Shown here one piece after another: positions 1 through 8,073 of a stretch of DNA of 64,000 nt (position 1 is its first letter; every line of letters begins with the position of its first letter). The position numbers were made by a program, and so were the translations under genes. Under the pieces are notes generated by a model. It saw nothing but the letters and a program-made list of their open reading frames with translations. It made no database searches and was not told the DNA's origin. Origin of the DNA: a virus; the IMG/VR virus record IMGVR_UViG_3300035698_012408; one strand, written 5' to 3'.

Positions 1-80
1 ATCTCATCGCCGCTAAGCCCTTCCTCGGCACAGCGAAGAAGAAAGCCCATGCGGAACTGCTCTTTTGATGTTAGAGCCAT
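1..80 (-). CDS. hypothetical protein, N-terminal fragment (gene continues beyond the window start)
   Basis: ATG at 80..78 preceded by GGAG. It encodes MALTSKEQFRMGFLLRCAEEGLSGDE. The motif GFLLRCxExGL recurs near the N-terminus of the giant protein at 18163..22809. Confidence 0.4.
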   Translation of the reverse strand, partial: MALTSKEQFRMGFLLRCAEEGLSGDE

Positions 81-92
81 CCCTGGATCTCC

Positions 93-656
93 TTACAAAT
101 CGACGATAACACCACCGCGGCTCTTCTTGACAGGCCGCTTGTGGATCACGGGGAAGTCCCCGGCATGCACGTTAGGCGGAACAACAGCCTCATGGTCGAT
201 GGCTGCGGTCTTACCGGTCTTCTTGCCGAGTGGTACAACTGGTAATTCGGGGTAACCTTCCTTGTCGGAGCCGGCATGCACTCCAAGACGGATGGTGCTG
301 CTTCGGCGATGCCGTGACCACCATGCCTGCACGGCGGGGTCTGACGGGTCGCCCATATCACGAGCTTCACGGATGCACGCTACGACCGCATTGGCCCCGT
401 TGACCCGCTTTTCTTGTTCTTGTCGCTGCCACGGCTTCATTTCGCACGTGGCCTGCTTCATTCTGGTATTCTTCCGCATAACCGCATTGACACGCTTCTG
501 CATGTCGTTCGGCATCACAATGGTGGCTTCGCCCTCTTTTTTCCCGGGCCGCTCGTCAATAACGCAGATAAGCCCCTCACACGCGAAGACGGAGAGACCC
601 TGGAAACTACGAACAGGGCCTGTGCGGCCCCCAATTGCCCATGCTGGCTTAGTCAC
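93..656 (-). CDS. hypothetical protein
   Basis: Long ORF (track 93..686, TTG-initiated). An in-frame GTG at 656 lies 7 nt after AGGAG (668..664) and is taken as the start. No family recognised. Confidence 0.45.
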   Translation of the reverse strand: MTKPAWAIGGRTGPVRSFQGLSVFACEGLICVIDERPGKKEGEATIVMPNDMQKRVNAVMRKNTRMKQATCEMKPWQRQEQEKRVNGANAVVACIREARDMGDPSDPAVQAWWSRHRRSSTIRLGVHAGSDKEGYPELPVVPLGKKTGKTAAIDHEAVVPPNVHAGDFPVIHKRPVKKSRGGVIVDL

Positions 657-670
657 GACATTTCTCCTGC

Positions 671-684
671 GGTACTTAGAAACC
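671..684. promoter_or_regulatory. copy 1 of the 14-nt motif GGTTTCTAAGTACC (read on the minus strand)
   Basis: Exact 14-mer, 2 nt upstream of the SD of the 93..656 gene and downstream of a sigma70-like candidate promoter. Confidence 0.6.
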
Positions 685-698
685 AATTCCTACGTCTG

Positions 699-728
699 AT
701 TGTAACTGGTATTGCCCATAATAATCAA
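699..728 (-). promoter_or_regulatory. candidate sigma70-like promoter (TTGATT-18-TACAAT)
   Basis: On the minus strand the -35 is at 728..723 and the -10 at 704..699. The 14-mer follows 14 nt downstream. Confidence 0.3.
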
Positions 729-1189
729 GGGCAAGACTTCGCATAGCCTGATTGAACCATCAACTCGTTCAAGTTGACCACGTGCCCATTATCATCAGCC
801 CCGAGCAAAACTACCAGCCATCTGCCGTATTTTCCCGTCTTTTCCTTGGGCAGGCCGCCGAACCATTTGTTCGGAGCCTTCACACTTCGGATCTTCAAAT
901 GGTGGCCGATCGCCTCCACTGACTTGGGATCGTGGCGGTTCAGTGCGTATTTATGGATCAATTCCAGCAAATATGCCTTGGCCGCGAGGCCGTCCGAACG
1001 TGTTGCGAGCGGTCTGACCTCCACCGCGTAACAGTCTAGCAGTCTACCAGTCTGGAAGGCCGCCCACAACCCATATCCAAGCGCGGCATGGTAATAAACC
1101 GTGTCTCCGTCGTAGATGTCATGGATGTAACCATCCCTGACGTAGCTGTTTCGCAACTCAGCATCCATGTACTCTGGGAACTTTGGCAT
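725..1189 (-). CDS. staphylococcal (micrococcal) nuclease-like thermonuclease
   Basis: Motifs YDGDT, RLLDCYAVEVR, GKYGRWLVVLL and LNELMVQSGYAK are collinear with SNase IDGDT, RLLLVDTPE, DKYGRGLAYIY and VNEALVRQGLAK. The start is ATG 1189 or 1204. Confidence 0.6.
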   Translation of the reverse strand: MPKFPEYMDAELRNSYVRDGYIHDIYDGDTVYYHAALGYGLWAAFQTGRLLDCYAVEVRPLATRSDGLAAKAYLLELIHKYALNRHDPKSVEAIGHHLKIRSVKAPNKWFGGLPKEKTGKYGRWLVVLLGADDNGHVVNLNELMVQSGYAKSCP

Positions 1190-1206
1190 TCGATCGATCT
1201 CCATGT

Positions 1207-1239
1207 AAAAAAACCCGATCGGGTTACGGCCCGGTCGGG
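1207..1239 (-). terminator. rho-independent terminator
   Basis: The minus-strand RNA has a 10-bp stem (cccgaccggg / cccgaucggg, one mismatch) and a 6-nt loop, followed by U7. It sits downstream of the lipoprotein gene. Confidence 0.7.
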
Positions 1240-1280
1240 TTAGGGGGCCCACTGCGTAGGCATTCTGCTATTGCGTTCGA

Positions 1281-1676
1281 CTATTCACGCTGATTGTAGC
1301 GGTGGTATTCCACCTGTTCGCCACGGTTACCAAAGAGGCCGAAACGCTGGAGTCTGTAGATAAACCCTTCACCATCAGGTACTTGCTGTTGGCGGGTCTG
1401 TTGTGGGGCTTGACGCGGTTGATTCCAGGGGAGCAGATAGTGCCTAGCCGGGGTCGCGACCCTCGCGGGCAGTGCTGGCGTGTCCACGGTGATGACCATA
1501 TTGCTCGGGTATTGACCCGTCACGTACACCGTGCTCGACTCGATCGGTGCCGATCTTGCCGTCAGTACATCGCAACATGCTACCTGCGTGTTGGCACGAA
1601 TGCCAGCGGTCGACGCACAGCCCATGACCACGACGATCAATAGAACCGATGCGACGATTACGAAAGGTAATCTCAT
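1281..1676 (-). CDS. putative lipoprotein
   Basis: The N-terminus MRLPFVIVASVLLIVVVMGCAST has a hydrophobic signal and a lipobox-like VMGC. SD is AAAGGAGAGG. Confidence 0.55.
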   Translation of the reverse strand: MRLPFVIVASVLLIVVVMGCASTAGIRANTQVACCDVLTARSAPIESSTVYVTGQYPSNMVITVDTPALPARVATPARHYLLPWNQPRQAPQQTRQQQVPDGEGFIYRLQRFGLFGNRGEQVEYHRYNQRE

Positions 1677-1704
1677 CTTACCTCTCCTTTCAATTAGGGT
1701 TTCA

Positions 1705-2100
1705 CTACAGGTGTATCACGGAAGGAGGTACCGCCTCGGGCGACGTCTCCTCAGCTGGGATAGCCCCAGCTTCAACAAGGATCGCGTGGGCTCGCACGCC
1801 TAGCTCTTCCTTGAATCCCTGGTCCAATACAGCGGCCATGATAACTTTACTGGCCCACTGTGAATTTGTCAACATGATACGCTGATATTGTAAATTGGTA
1901 GCGTCCCCGCCGTCCGTATGCACGGTTGTGGGGTCCACACCACTAATACCTGCCCGCATGTCGTCCAGAATGCCCGTGAGCTCCGCATTCGCACGGATAT
2001 TCTGATTTCTTACATTGTCAATGCCCTGCTGAATAACCGCAGCTTCCTGCGGTAACTGCGGCGTTGCAGCCGCCAAAGGGATCTTGGTATCAACGGCCAA
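1705..2100 (-). CDS. hypothetical protein
   Basis: TTG start 8 nt after AGGAGGG. It abuts the upstream stop. Confidence 0.45.
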   Translation of the reverse strand: MAVDTKIPLAAATPQLPQEAAVIQQGIDNVRNQNIRANAELTGILDDMRAGISGVDPTTVHTDGGDATNLQYQRIMLTNSQWASKVIMAAVLDQGFKEELGVRAHAILVEAGAIPAEETSPEAVPPSVIHL

Positions 2101-2104
2101 TGGA

Positions 2105-3181
2105 TTACCCTCCTGCCGGAGGCAATGGAGTCGGTGACGGCATCGGAGCCGCCACGGGGTCTAGCGACGGAGACGTGGGCGGCGTTAGCAACGTGTTCTC
2201 CACACGCCGCATGACATCCTCTCGCAGCCCTGGGTCCATCTCGAACGCTTCGAGCACCCTGGACCCCAGTGGGGTGCGTGGTGCCGCCAACCCCTGCCCG
2301 TGCAGCACGGCCAAGGTGTCAGCCTCCGTCTCGATCACGATCGGATCAGGTGGCGTGACTTCAGGGTCACCGCCCGACAGCCACATGGCTGTTGCGGCGG
2401 CCAGCCCGGCCAATCCGGTACTCACACCGCCAACGCCGACGGCGTTACGGCGAAGCCACCCTGGCTTACGCTGCTCAGGTGCTGCCGGTGCCGGGTCCTC
2501 GACCTCTGGGCCTGTGATTCGAGCTAGTTCTGCTTGATGAGCCGCTTCTTGGGCCTGTCTTGTTTCTTCGGCCATTTCCTGCTCCCGTTGTCGGCGGGCT
2601 GCCGCGACAGCCTCCAACCGTTGTTGTTCATCCTGCTCTGCGCGTACTGCGGCTTCGCAGGCCTTTGCATCACGCCGCTGCTCATCAGCTGCGTCCTTTT
2701 CACGTTTGAGTCGTAAGATCTCGGCATCCCGCTCGGCCATCGCTCTCAAGTGAGCTGTCTGATCAACCGTCGGAGCCGCCGGTGGTGGCGTCACCACTGG
2801 TGGCGGAGTTTCCTGCGACCGTCGCAAGACTTCTTCCCGTACCTCGATCAGAGCTTCTCGTCTGGCCAGTTCCTCTCGTCGCTTCACCTCTTCGATGTCG
2901 ATGCCCTGGGTTGTTGCCGTCTGCTCGAATTCGACCTCAGAAGGCTCAGTACCAAGCACATTGCGTTCGATAGGTCCTGGCACGCCATGCTTACTCGCCG
3001 CGATCTGGCGGAACATGGCTGCTTGATCAAGACGCTCTTGCATAAACGCACGACGCTCTTCCGTCGAAAGCAGAGAGAGCAGATTCGTGCGTCGATACCG
3101 TTGGTGCGTCGTATTTGTCGGGCCGGCTACTACCTGACCCGCACCTTCCCCAACCGGTGGTGCATTGCTTGCGGTGTTCAC
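2105..3181 (-). CDS. coiled-coil (Glu/Arg/Ala-rich) protein with one C-proximal TM helix, TolA-like architecture
   Basis: GTG start after AAGGAG, with a GTGA overlap to the upstream stop. It has long E/R/A/Q heptad-like stretches and the TM segment GVSTGLAGLAAATAMWL. Confidence 0.5.
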   Translation of the reverse strand: MNTASNAPPVGEGAGQVVAGPTNTTHQRYRRTNLLSLLSTEERRAFMQERLDQAAMFRQIAASKHGVPGPIERNVLGTEPSEVEFEQTATTQGIDIEEVKRREELARREALIEVREEVLRRSQETPPPVVTPPPAAPTVDQTAHLRAMAERDAEILRLKREKDAADEQRRDAKACEAAVRAEQDEQQRLEAVAAARRQREQEMAEETRQAQEAAHQAELARITGPEVEDPAPAAPEQRKPGWLRRNAVGVGGVSTGLAGLAAATAMWLSGGDPEVTPPDPIVIETEADTLAVLHGQGLAAPRTPLGSRVLEAFEMDPGLREDVMRRVENTLLTPPTSPSLDPVAAPMPSPTPLPPAGG

Positions 3182-3459
3182 AATTGGAACTCCTTTTCCG
3201 GCTGGGTAGGGCGTACGGCGTCGAGGGCTCCCGATATTCCGCCACCCACAGCACCAGCGACGACGTCGGCCGGTACTGGCACGTCTACTGGGGCGTTCGG
3301 GTCAGCATTGAAGAGCATGTCCGCAGCCCGCATTTCATTAAATGCCAAAATCGAGGCGGCCGCGGTACCTATGTTGGCATCAGAGATAGCCTGTAGGTCT
3401 TCGCGTTCATCCCGCCGCGCTGTCTTCATCAATTTCAATTGTTCAAATGGGTCCTGCAT
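3178..3459 (-). CDS. hypothetical small protein
   Basis: ATG with an AGAGG SD. It is coupled to the downstream gene. Confidence 0.45.
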   Translation of the reverse strand: MQDPFEQLKLMKTARRDEREDLQAISDANIGTAAASILAFNEMRAADMLFNADPNAPVDVPVPADVVAGAVGGGISGALDAVRPTQPEKEFQL

Positions 3460-3473
3460 AACCGACCTCTGCT

Positions 3474-3803
3474 TTACTGCTGGATGGCGCCAGATCCCGG
3501 CGTGCCGACGCTGGTATTGAGGCCTGCCATGTGCGACGGGTCTTGTGAACCACGCAACTGTGCAGCCGCTGCTGCCTCCTGCGGGGACAATTCTGTGAGC
3601 TGCCGCTTGGAGGCGGCTTGATTTTGCATGACGCCAAGCGTCAACACAGCGGCCGGTGAAGCGGCATGTTGCCGACCGACTGCCGAATTAAGTTGGGCAT
3701 TCTGCTGCCCGGTGGCGACCGTCCGCATCGTGAGTTGTTCTGCTACGGCGGGATCAAGATCCGGTCGGTCATCGCCGATAACAACTGGAGTACGTTTTGC
3801 CAT
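3474..3803 (-). CDS. small Ala/Gln-rich protein, paralog B (conserved C-terminus SQDPSHMAGLNT..TP..GAI)
   Basis: It is clearly alignable with the 3926..4216 product (AAVLTLGV, EAAAAA, SQDPSH-AGLNT). SD is AAGGA. Confidence 0.6.
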   Translation of the reverse strand: MAKRTPVVIGDDRPDLDPAVAEQLTMRTVATGQQNAQLNSAVGRQHAASPAAVLTLGVMQNQAASKRQLTELSPQEAAAAAQLRGSQDPSHMAGLNTSVGTPGSGAIQQ

Positions 3804-3839
3804 GATTCTGCATCCTTATAAAAGTCCTGCTGACTGCTA

Positions 3840-3880
3840 AAAAAAGGAAGAGAGGCAACCGGGCCGTTTCCGACCCGGTT
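3840..3880 (-). terminator. candidate rho-independent terminator between the two paralogs
   Basis: 7-bp stem aaccggg/cccgguu (3857-3863 / 3874-3880) and a 10-nt loop, then a pyrimidine-rich tract ending in U6 (3845..3840). Confidence 0.45.
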
Positions 3881-3925
3881 ACCACCTCTTTGTACCTTCA
3901 CTACGCTTTCACGCAGCACAAGCAC

Positions 3926-4216
3926 TTAGCCAGTGATCGCACCAGCGCGAGGGGTGCTCGACGCGGTGTTCAAGCCGGCAAAGTGGCTCGGGTCCTGGCT
4001 CGATCGGACGTTGGCCGCAGCAGCAGCCTCCATCGGGTCAAGCGCGGTTTGCTGATTCAGAGCCGCAGCATTGATCTGCTGGACGCCGAGAGTAAGGACA
4101 GCCGCCGCGTTGGCAACCAGATTACGATCCAGCACTCCATTGAGCTGCTGGGCGTTCTGGGCCGACACGAGCGTCAGCTGCGAGAGCTGGTCCGCAATAG
4201 CGGAATCGAGTGCCAT
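3926..4216 (-). CDS. small Ala/Gln-rich protein, paralog A
   Basis: ATG 4216 after AGGAGG. 96 aa ending SQDPSHFAGLNTASSTPRAGAITG. A terminator follows, consistent with high expression. Confidence 0.6.
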   Translation of the reverse strand: MALDSAIADQLSQLTLVSAQNAQQLNGVLDRNLVANAAAVLTLGVQQINAAALNQQTALDPMEAAAAANVRSSQDPSHFAGLNTASSTPRAGAITG

Positions 4217-4282
4217 TTCGCACCTCCTGTGGTAAACGACGAGGAACCGGGTACTCCCCAGAAGCCTCAACTATTTGCGACT

Positions 4283-4304
4283 AGATTGTCGTACCTGACA
4301 ATCT
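4283..4304 (-). promoter_or_regulatory. perfect 8-bp inverted repeat (agattgtc-N6-gacaatct) in the leader of paralog A
   Basis: Seen directly. It lies between the protease stop (4320) and the paralog A start. Confidence 0.4.
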
Positions 4305-4319
4305 TCAAAGCCGCCCGGC

Positions 4320-6008
4320 TTATTCACCTCGCGACAACGCTTGGAGCTTTTTAGACACCGAGTCACTGCCTTTGATGATTACCGGAGGTTCATCCGGCAA
4401 CGCCGGATACACGACAAGCTGCGGTAGCTCCTTGAACTGGAGACCACGACTTGCTACGTCAAACAGTATGATAGCAGGAAACTTCTTCTGCGCCTCCTCA
4501 AATTCCGCTTTTAATCGCGGCCATGAGTCGAGCGACGAATTGGCTATCAATACAATATGATCTACGCCAGTGCCTTGCTGCAAGGCCCATAACACCGAAA
4601 CGTCAACGTAACTCGGTGAAATAAACTTTGGAGATCGGACCTGGATACTGATTTCTCTGTCGGCTGTGGCTATCTCGTCCACCTGTGTTCGTAAAGTGTC
4701 GAGAGCACTGAGCATGCCAGCCTGCCCTTGCTGAAGCACGGGAGCCATGCCCGCCAATGTCTCTTGACCTACGCCTAACCGGTCCTGGCCTGTGCTTAAC
4801 TGACCCTGCCCAGCGGACAGCCCTGTGAGCGATGCTGTGTGTTCGGCCTGCGTGGCCTGCACTGCGTTCATCGCCGTCTTCAGTTCGCCGATCGCCTCCA
4901 GCACTTCGTCGTGGCTGGTGTCCGGTAACGGAAGATCAACTGAGGCGGGTGGCGGCGGTCCGACGATCAGATCAGGCTGCGGCCGTGCCGGTGTTCTCGC
5001 TCGCACAGATACCCTGCTGCCCGCTGGTACGGAGATGCTGCTACCGTATTGCGGCTGACACTGCACCTGCGTCGGTGGACACTGTGGTTGACATTGCGAC
5101 TGTCCTTGCGACTGGCCACCGCGTTGGAAAAGACCACCGCCGAAGAGACCACCACCGCTGCGACTGCTACTGCAACCCCAACTGAACGTCTCGGGCAATT
5201 GGCTGTCGAGCAACGATTGGAGCGTGCCGGCGTAGGTTCCGTAGACGTTAGTCCCGCCACCTCCCCACAACACGCCAGCCAAACGATTATCGGTAGTCAG
5301 AATACCGCCCCCGCTGTCGCCCTTGTAAATGGGAATGCGAGTGAGGTAGACCTGATTCTTCCCGGTACTCTTATACCGCGTGGTGGTCCGGGAAGCCGGA
5401 ACTACCTTTTTGGTTGCACCGTCCCAACCGACAGATACGTAACCTTTGACGGGGCCTGACCGCGCACGGAACACACCGTCGGGTCCGAAGCCGGTGACAA
5501 CGCAGGACGCTCCAGCAGCCGGATGAACGGCCAACGGAGCGACCCTTTGTGCGTCGTCGACATACACAGCCCACACGCTTACATCATTGTCCCAATCCAC
5601 CAACAAGAGCTGTGCAGCCCGAGAAGTGGTATTGGCACCGATCGCGATGACGTTCGATCGCAACCTGCGACAGACTTCAGTCGACCAACCGGTTGGAAAG
5701 ATATGTGCTACCGTGGCTACCAGCCCGACGGTCTTCCCGCTAGCCAGCTTGTGTTTATTGAACACCGTGCCAGAGCCATACTCGTAATGACAAGTACCGT
5801 CAGTCAACGTGGTATGCACGCGGAGACGGCACGTTACAGCCCGTCGGAGCTCGAAGGTGCTGCCTTGTGATACCGACATGACCCGGAGTTCGGCAGGTGG
5901 CGTTACGCCAACCTTGGCCAGGGGTACGTCAATAGCAATAGCTTGGGTCGCTGTGAAACACGTGACGAACACAAGCACCATCGTGGTAAGAATAACTCGC
6001 ATCTTCAT
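4320..6008 (-). CDS. secreted S1 (trypsin/chymotrypsin-like) serine protease fused to a Cys/Gln-rich linker, a coiled region and a thioredoxin-fold-like C-terminal domain
   Basis: Signal peptide MKMRVILTTMVLVFVTCFTATQAIA. Triad contexts are TVAHIF (His), NDVSVWAV (Asp) and KGDSGGGIL (Ser). Confidence 0.7.
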   Translation of the reverse strand: MKMRVILTTMVLVFVTCFTATQAIAIDVPLAKVGVTPPAELRVMSVSQGSTFELRRAVTCRLRVHTTLTDGTCHYEYGSGTVFNKHKLASGKTVGLVATVAHIFPTGWSTEVCRRLRSNVIAIGANTTSRAAQLLLVDWDNDVSVWAVYVDDAQRVAPLAVHPAAGASCVVTGFGPDGVFRARSGPVKGYVSVGWDGATKKVVPASRTTTRYKSTGKNQVYLTRIPIYKGDSGGGILTTDNRLAGVLWGGGGTNVYGTYAGTLQSLLDSQLPETFSWGCSSSRSGGGLFGGGLFQRGGQSQGQSQCQPQCPPTQVQCQPQYGSSISVPAGSRVSVRARTPARPQPDLIVGPPPPASVDLPLPDTSHDEVLEAIGELKTAMNAVQATQAEHTASLTGLSAGQGQLSTGQDRLGVGQETLAGMAPVLQQGQAGMLSALDTLRTQVDEIATADREISIQVRSPKFISPSYVDVSVLWALQQGTGVDHIVLIANSSLDSWPRLKAEFEEAQKKFPAIILFDVASRGLQFKELPQLVVYPALPDEPPVIIKGSDSVSKKLQALSRGE

Positions 6009-6038
6009 GATTCGGCCTCCCGGCGTTGGCGCCGTGTG

Positions 6039-6278
6039 CTAACCTCCACCGCTCCGGGCCTGCTGCATAGTCCCACGCACTTGAAGAGCTGCGTTTTGGG
6101 CCTCGCCAGCCTGCCGAAGTGCAGTGAGCACAGGTGCAGGGTAATGAATCTGGTGCGGATGAGGTATCCGCCCAGGAGTTGCTGTAGATAGGCACGGACA
6201 ATCGACATAAGCTAGACAACCGCTAGGCTGTTTAGCCGGAACACGTCCGAATCCGCCGCATTGTGGGCAAGCTGCCAT
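6039..6278 (-). CDS. possible small Cys-rich protein (CPQCGGFG, DnaJ-type CxxCxGxG-like)
   Basis: ATG-initiated 79-aa ORF in an otherwise 340-bp gap. There is no clear SD and coding is uncertain. Confidence 0.25.
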   Translation of the reverse strand: MAACPQCGGFGRVPAKQPSGCLAYVDCPCLSTATPGRIPHPHQIHYPAPVLTALRQAGEAQNAALQVRGTMQQARSGGG

Positions 6279-6319
6279 TTTACTGCTTTTCTGCTATTAA
6301 ACTGAATCGGTCTTCAGAA

Positions 6320-6356
6320 TTACTATTATCATGACATTTCTGCCAAGTAATGTCAA
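6320..6356 (-). promoter_or_regulatory. candidate sigma70-like promoter in an AT-rich gap (TTGACA-17-CATGAT, or GATAAT at 19 nt)
   Basis: The only strongly AT-rich stretch in this region. The -35 TTGACA is at 6356..6351 on the minus strand. Confidence 0.3.
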
Positions 6357-7054
6357 GCCTCAACCTCAGGACAGCCGAATGCGTGCTCGTTACACGCCAC
6401 CAACGCGTCTATATTCGCGTTCGCCCGATACTTCTCCCGACACCAGTCGGTGGCGATGGTGAACTCATAATTGTAGAACAGCGACTCGGTTAGGTTCATC
6501 GGGGTGACCTGATAGTGCGGCCGTCTCGCGACCGGGTCCACCTCGCCGCCCAGATGCGTAGCCATGCTGACCGCGTGGGAGCAGAAGGGCTGACGGATGG
6601 ACTCGCCGTTCTGTGGCAGCCGATCATCTGTCGTGGGCGGGTAAAGCCGCCACAGCAGCGGCACACGCCGCACAAGCATGCGAAATAGGCCTAACCATCC
6701 GTAGTCACAGATGGTTAGGTCACGCATGGCGGCAACTGCGCCGGCAGGGTCGAATTCAGGCCACCTATTGTCCGCGTTCGGACTAAACACGTCAATCCGC
6801 CCAGGCTTCCGCATGTGGTAGGCAAACGGCTTCGTGCGACCACCGACACCCTCACGCAGCTCCAACATATCAACGTGATCATTCTCATCACGTCGAAACA
6901 TTGCCGAGTGTGAGTGGACTCCCTGCGTGCCCAACCGGATCAGCTGCGAGATGTAGGAATCACCCCGCAACTGGCAGATCCAAGCATTCTGGATCATCTC
7001 CTTGGCATATTCAGGGGACACCCACAACGGACTGCTGGTATCGAATTCCCGCAT
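6353..7054 (-). CDS. putative permuted papain-like (NlpC/P60, YiiX/C92-like) amidase
   Basis: The His-containing HSHSAMF precedes FCSHAV (Cys). This permuted order is typical of YiiX-like amidases. Confidence 0.4.
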   Translation of the reverse strand: MREFDTSSPLWVSPEYAKEMIQNAWICQLRGDSYISQLIRLGTQGVHSHSAMFRRDENDHVDMLELREGVGGRTKPFAYHMRKPGRIDVFSPNADNRWPEFDPAGAVAAMRDLTICDYGWLGLFRMLVRRVPLLWRLYPPTTDDRLPQNGESIRQPFCSHAVSMATHLGGEVDPVARRPHYQVTPMNLTESLFYNYEFTIATDWCREKYRANANIDALVACNEHAFGCPEVEA

Positions 7055-7065
7055 GACGGTTTCCT

Positions 7066-8064
7066 TTATTCTCCCACGTCGTCGCCATGAGGGACATCCT
7101 CATGGGTTTCGACGGCGGGTTCTTCCTTGGTGACTGGCGGATGCTCAATCACTTCTTCAATTCCAGCCGTGGTCAGCCCGACCTCGCCCTCCTCTGCTTC
7201 CTCCGCGTCGGCGGCATATTGCTTGGCCGGCGATTCGGTCATCTCTGGCAGCTTAACCACGATCGGTTCCGGCGTGGGTAGGACTGCCTGCGGCGGCTCC
7301 GGGGCTTCCCCGGTCTCGATCCACTCCTGGAGCTTCTTGAGGGCCGCTCCATAGAGCAACTCTTCCTGCGGCGCCAGTTGCAGCTCGATGCGTCGCAACG
7401 ACTTATTGTCATCGGCTGGGTTATTCTTCCACTCCTCACCGGGGGCGACACGCTCACGTTCGGGCTCGTCGTCATCTCGATTGAGATCCTGCACGATGAC
7501 GTACTGCTTGAGATTGATGAACTGTGTCATCACCCACTGCGACAATTGCACCTCGCGAGGCACAGGTCGGAGCTGCGACGGCTGCATGTGATTGCCCACC
7601 GCCGAGGCGTCACCGTGAGCCATGTTCCTGATGGCCTCCACGATGTGTGGCGGCATCTGGCCGCCGGTCATTCCGATCGGTTGTCCGTCCGGGCCGAGCT
7701 GGTACATCTGGAACGCACCTTCCGGCGGTCCATCCGGCCCTGTCGGCATCGACGGCATCGACGGCTGAAACGCGGGTGGCTCCGGGACCGCTTCCAGCTG
7801 CCCGCTACCTGCCCGCTTAATCAATTGAACACTCAGCTGCGGCTGCAAATGATCAACCTCCAGCATAAGCGGCTTGTCCAGCGCTTCCCCCATATCGATC
7901 ACGACACGTTGATAACCCTCTTCGGTCGGCTCTTCGTGAATTTCCAGAACTTCCCCGCCCGTCCGGGACGTGCCCTGGAGTTGGGAGAAAATGTCGGGAT
8001 GCTGCCGTGAAATTGCCATGAGTGTTGCACCGGTCAGTGCAACGGTATCACCTACTCGAAACAT
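7066..8064 (-). CDS. hypothetical protein with a Pro-rich middle and an acidic C-terminus
   Basis: ATG after AGGAG. No family recognised. Confidence 0.45.
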   Translation of the reverse strand: MFRVGDTVALTGATLMAISRQHPDIFSQLQGTSRTGGEVLEIHEEPTEEGYQRVVIDMGEALDKPLMLEVDHLQPQLSVQLIKRAGSGQLEAVPEPPAFQPSMPSMPTGPDGPPEGAFQMYQLGPDGQPIGMTGGQMPPHIVEAIRNMAHGDASAVGNHMQPSQLRPVPREVQLSQWVMTQFINLKQYVIVQDLNRDDDEPERERVAPGEEWKNNPADDNKSLRRIELQLAPQEELLYGAALKKLQEWIETGEAPEPPQAVLPTPEPIVVKLPEMTESPAKQYAADAEEAEEGEVGLTTAGIEEVIEHPPVTKEEPAVETHEDVPHGDDVGE

Positions 8065-8073
8065 GCTGCTCTC

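Noticed and set aside
3474-4216. Calling the two small paralogs RebB/R-body subunits.
   Set aside because: There is only a vague compositional resemblance (Ala/Gln-rich, about 100 aa, tandem paralogs). I cannot align the RebB signature from memory, so this is kept only as something to test.
6009-6352. tRNA or small RNA genes in the larger gaps (6009-6352, 17462-18162, 45829-45989, 57406-57552, 59522-59599).
   Set aside because: I could not find a cloverleaf-compatible acceptor or T-arm pattern by eye. The hairpins found there are better explained as terminators or leader structures. This is not excluded without tRNAscan or Infernal.
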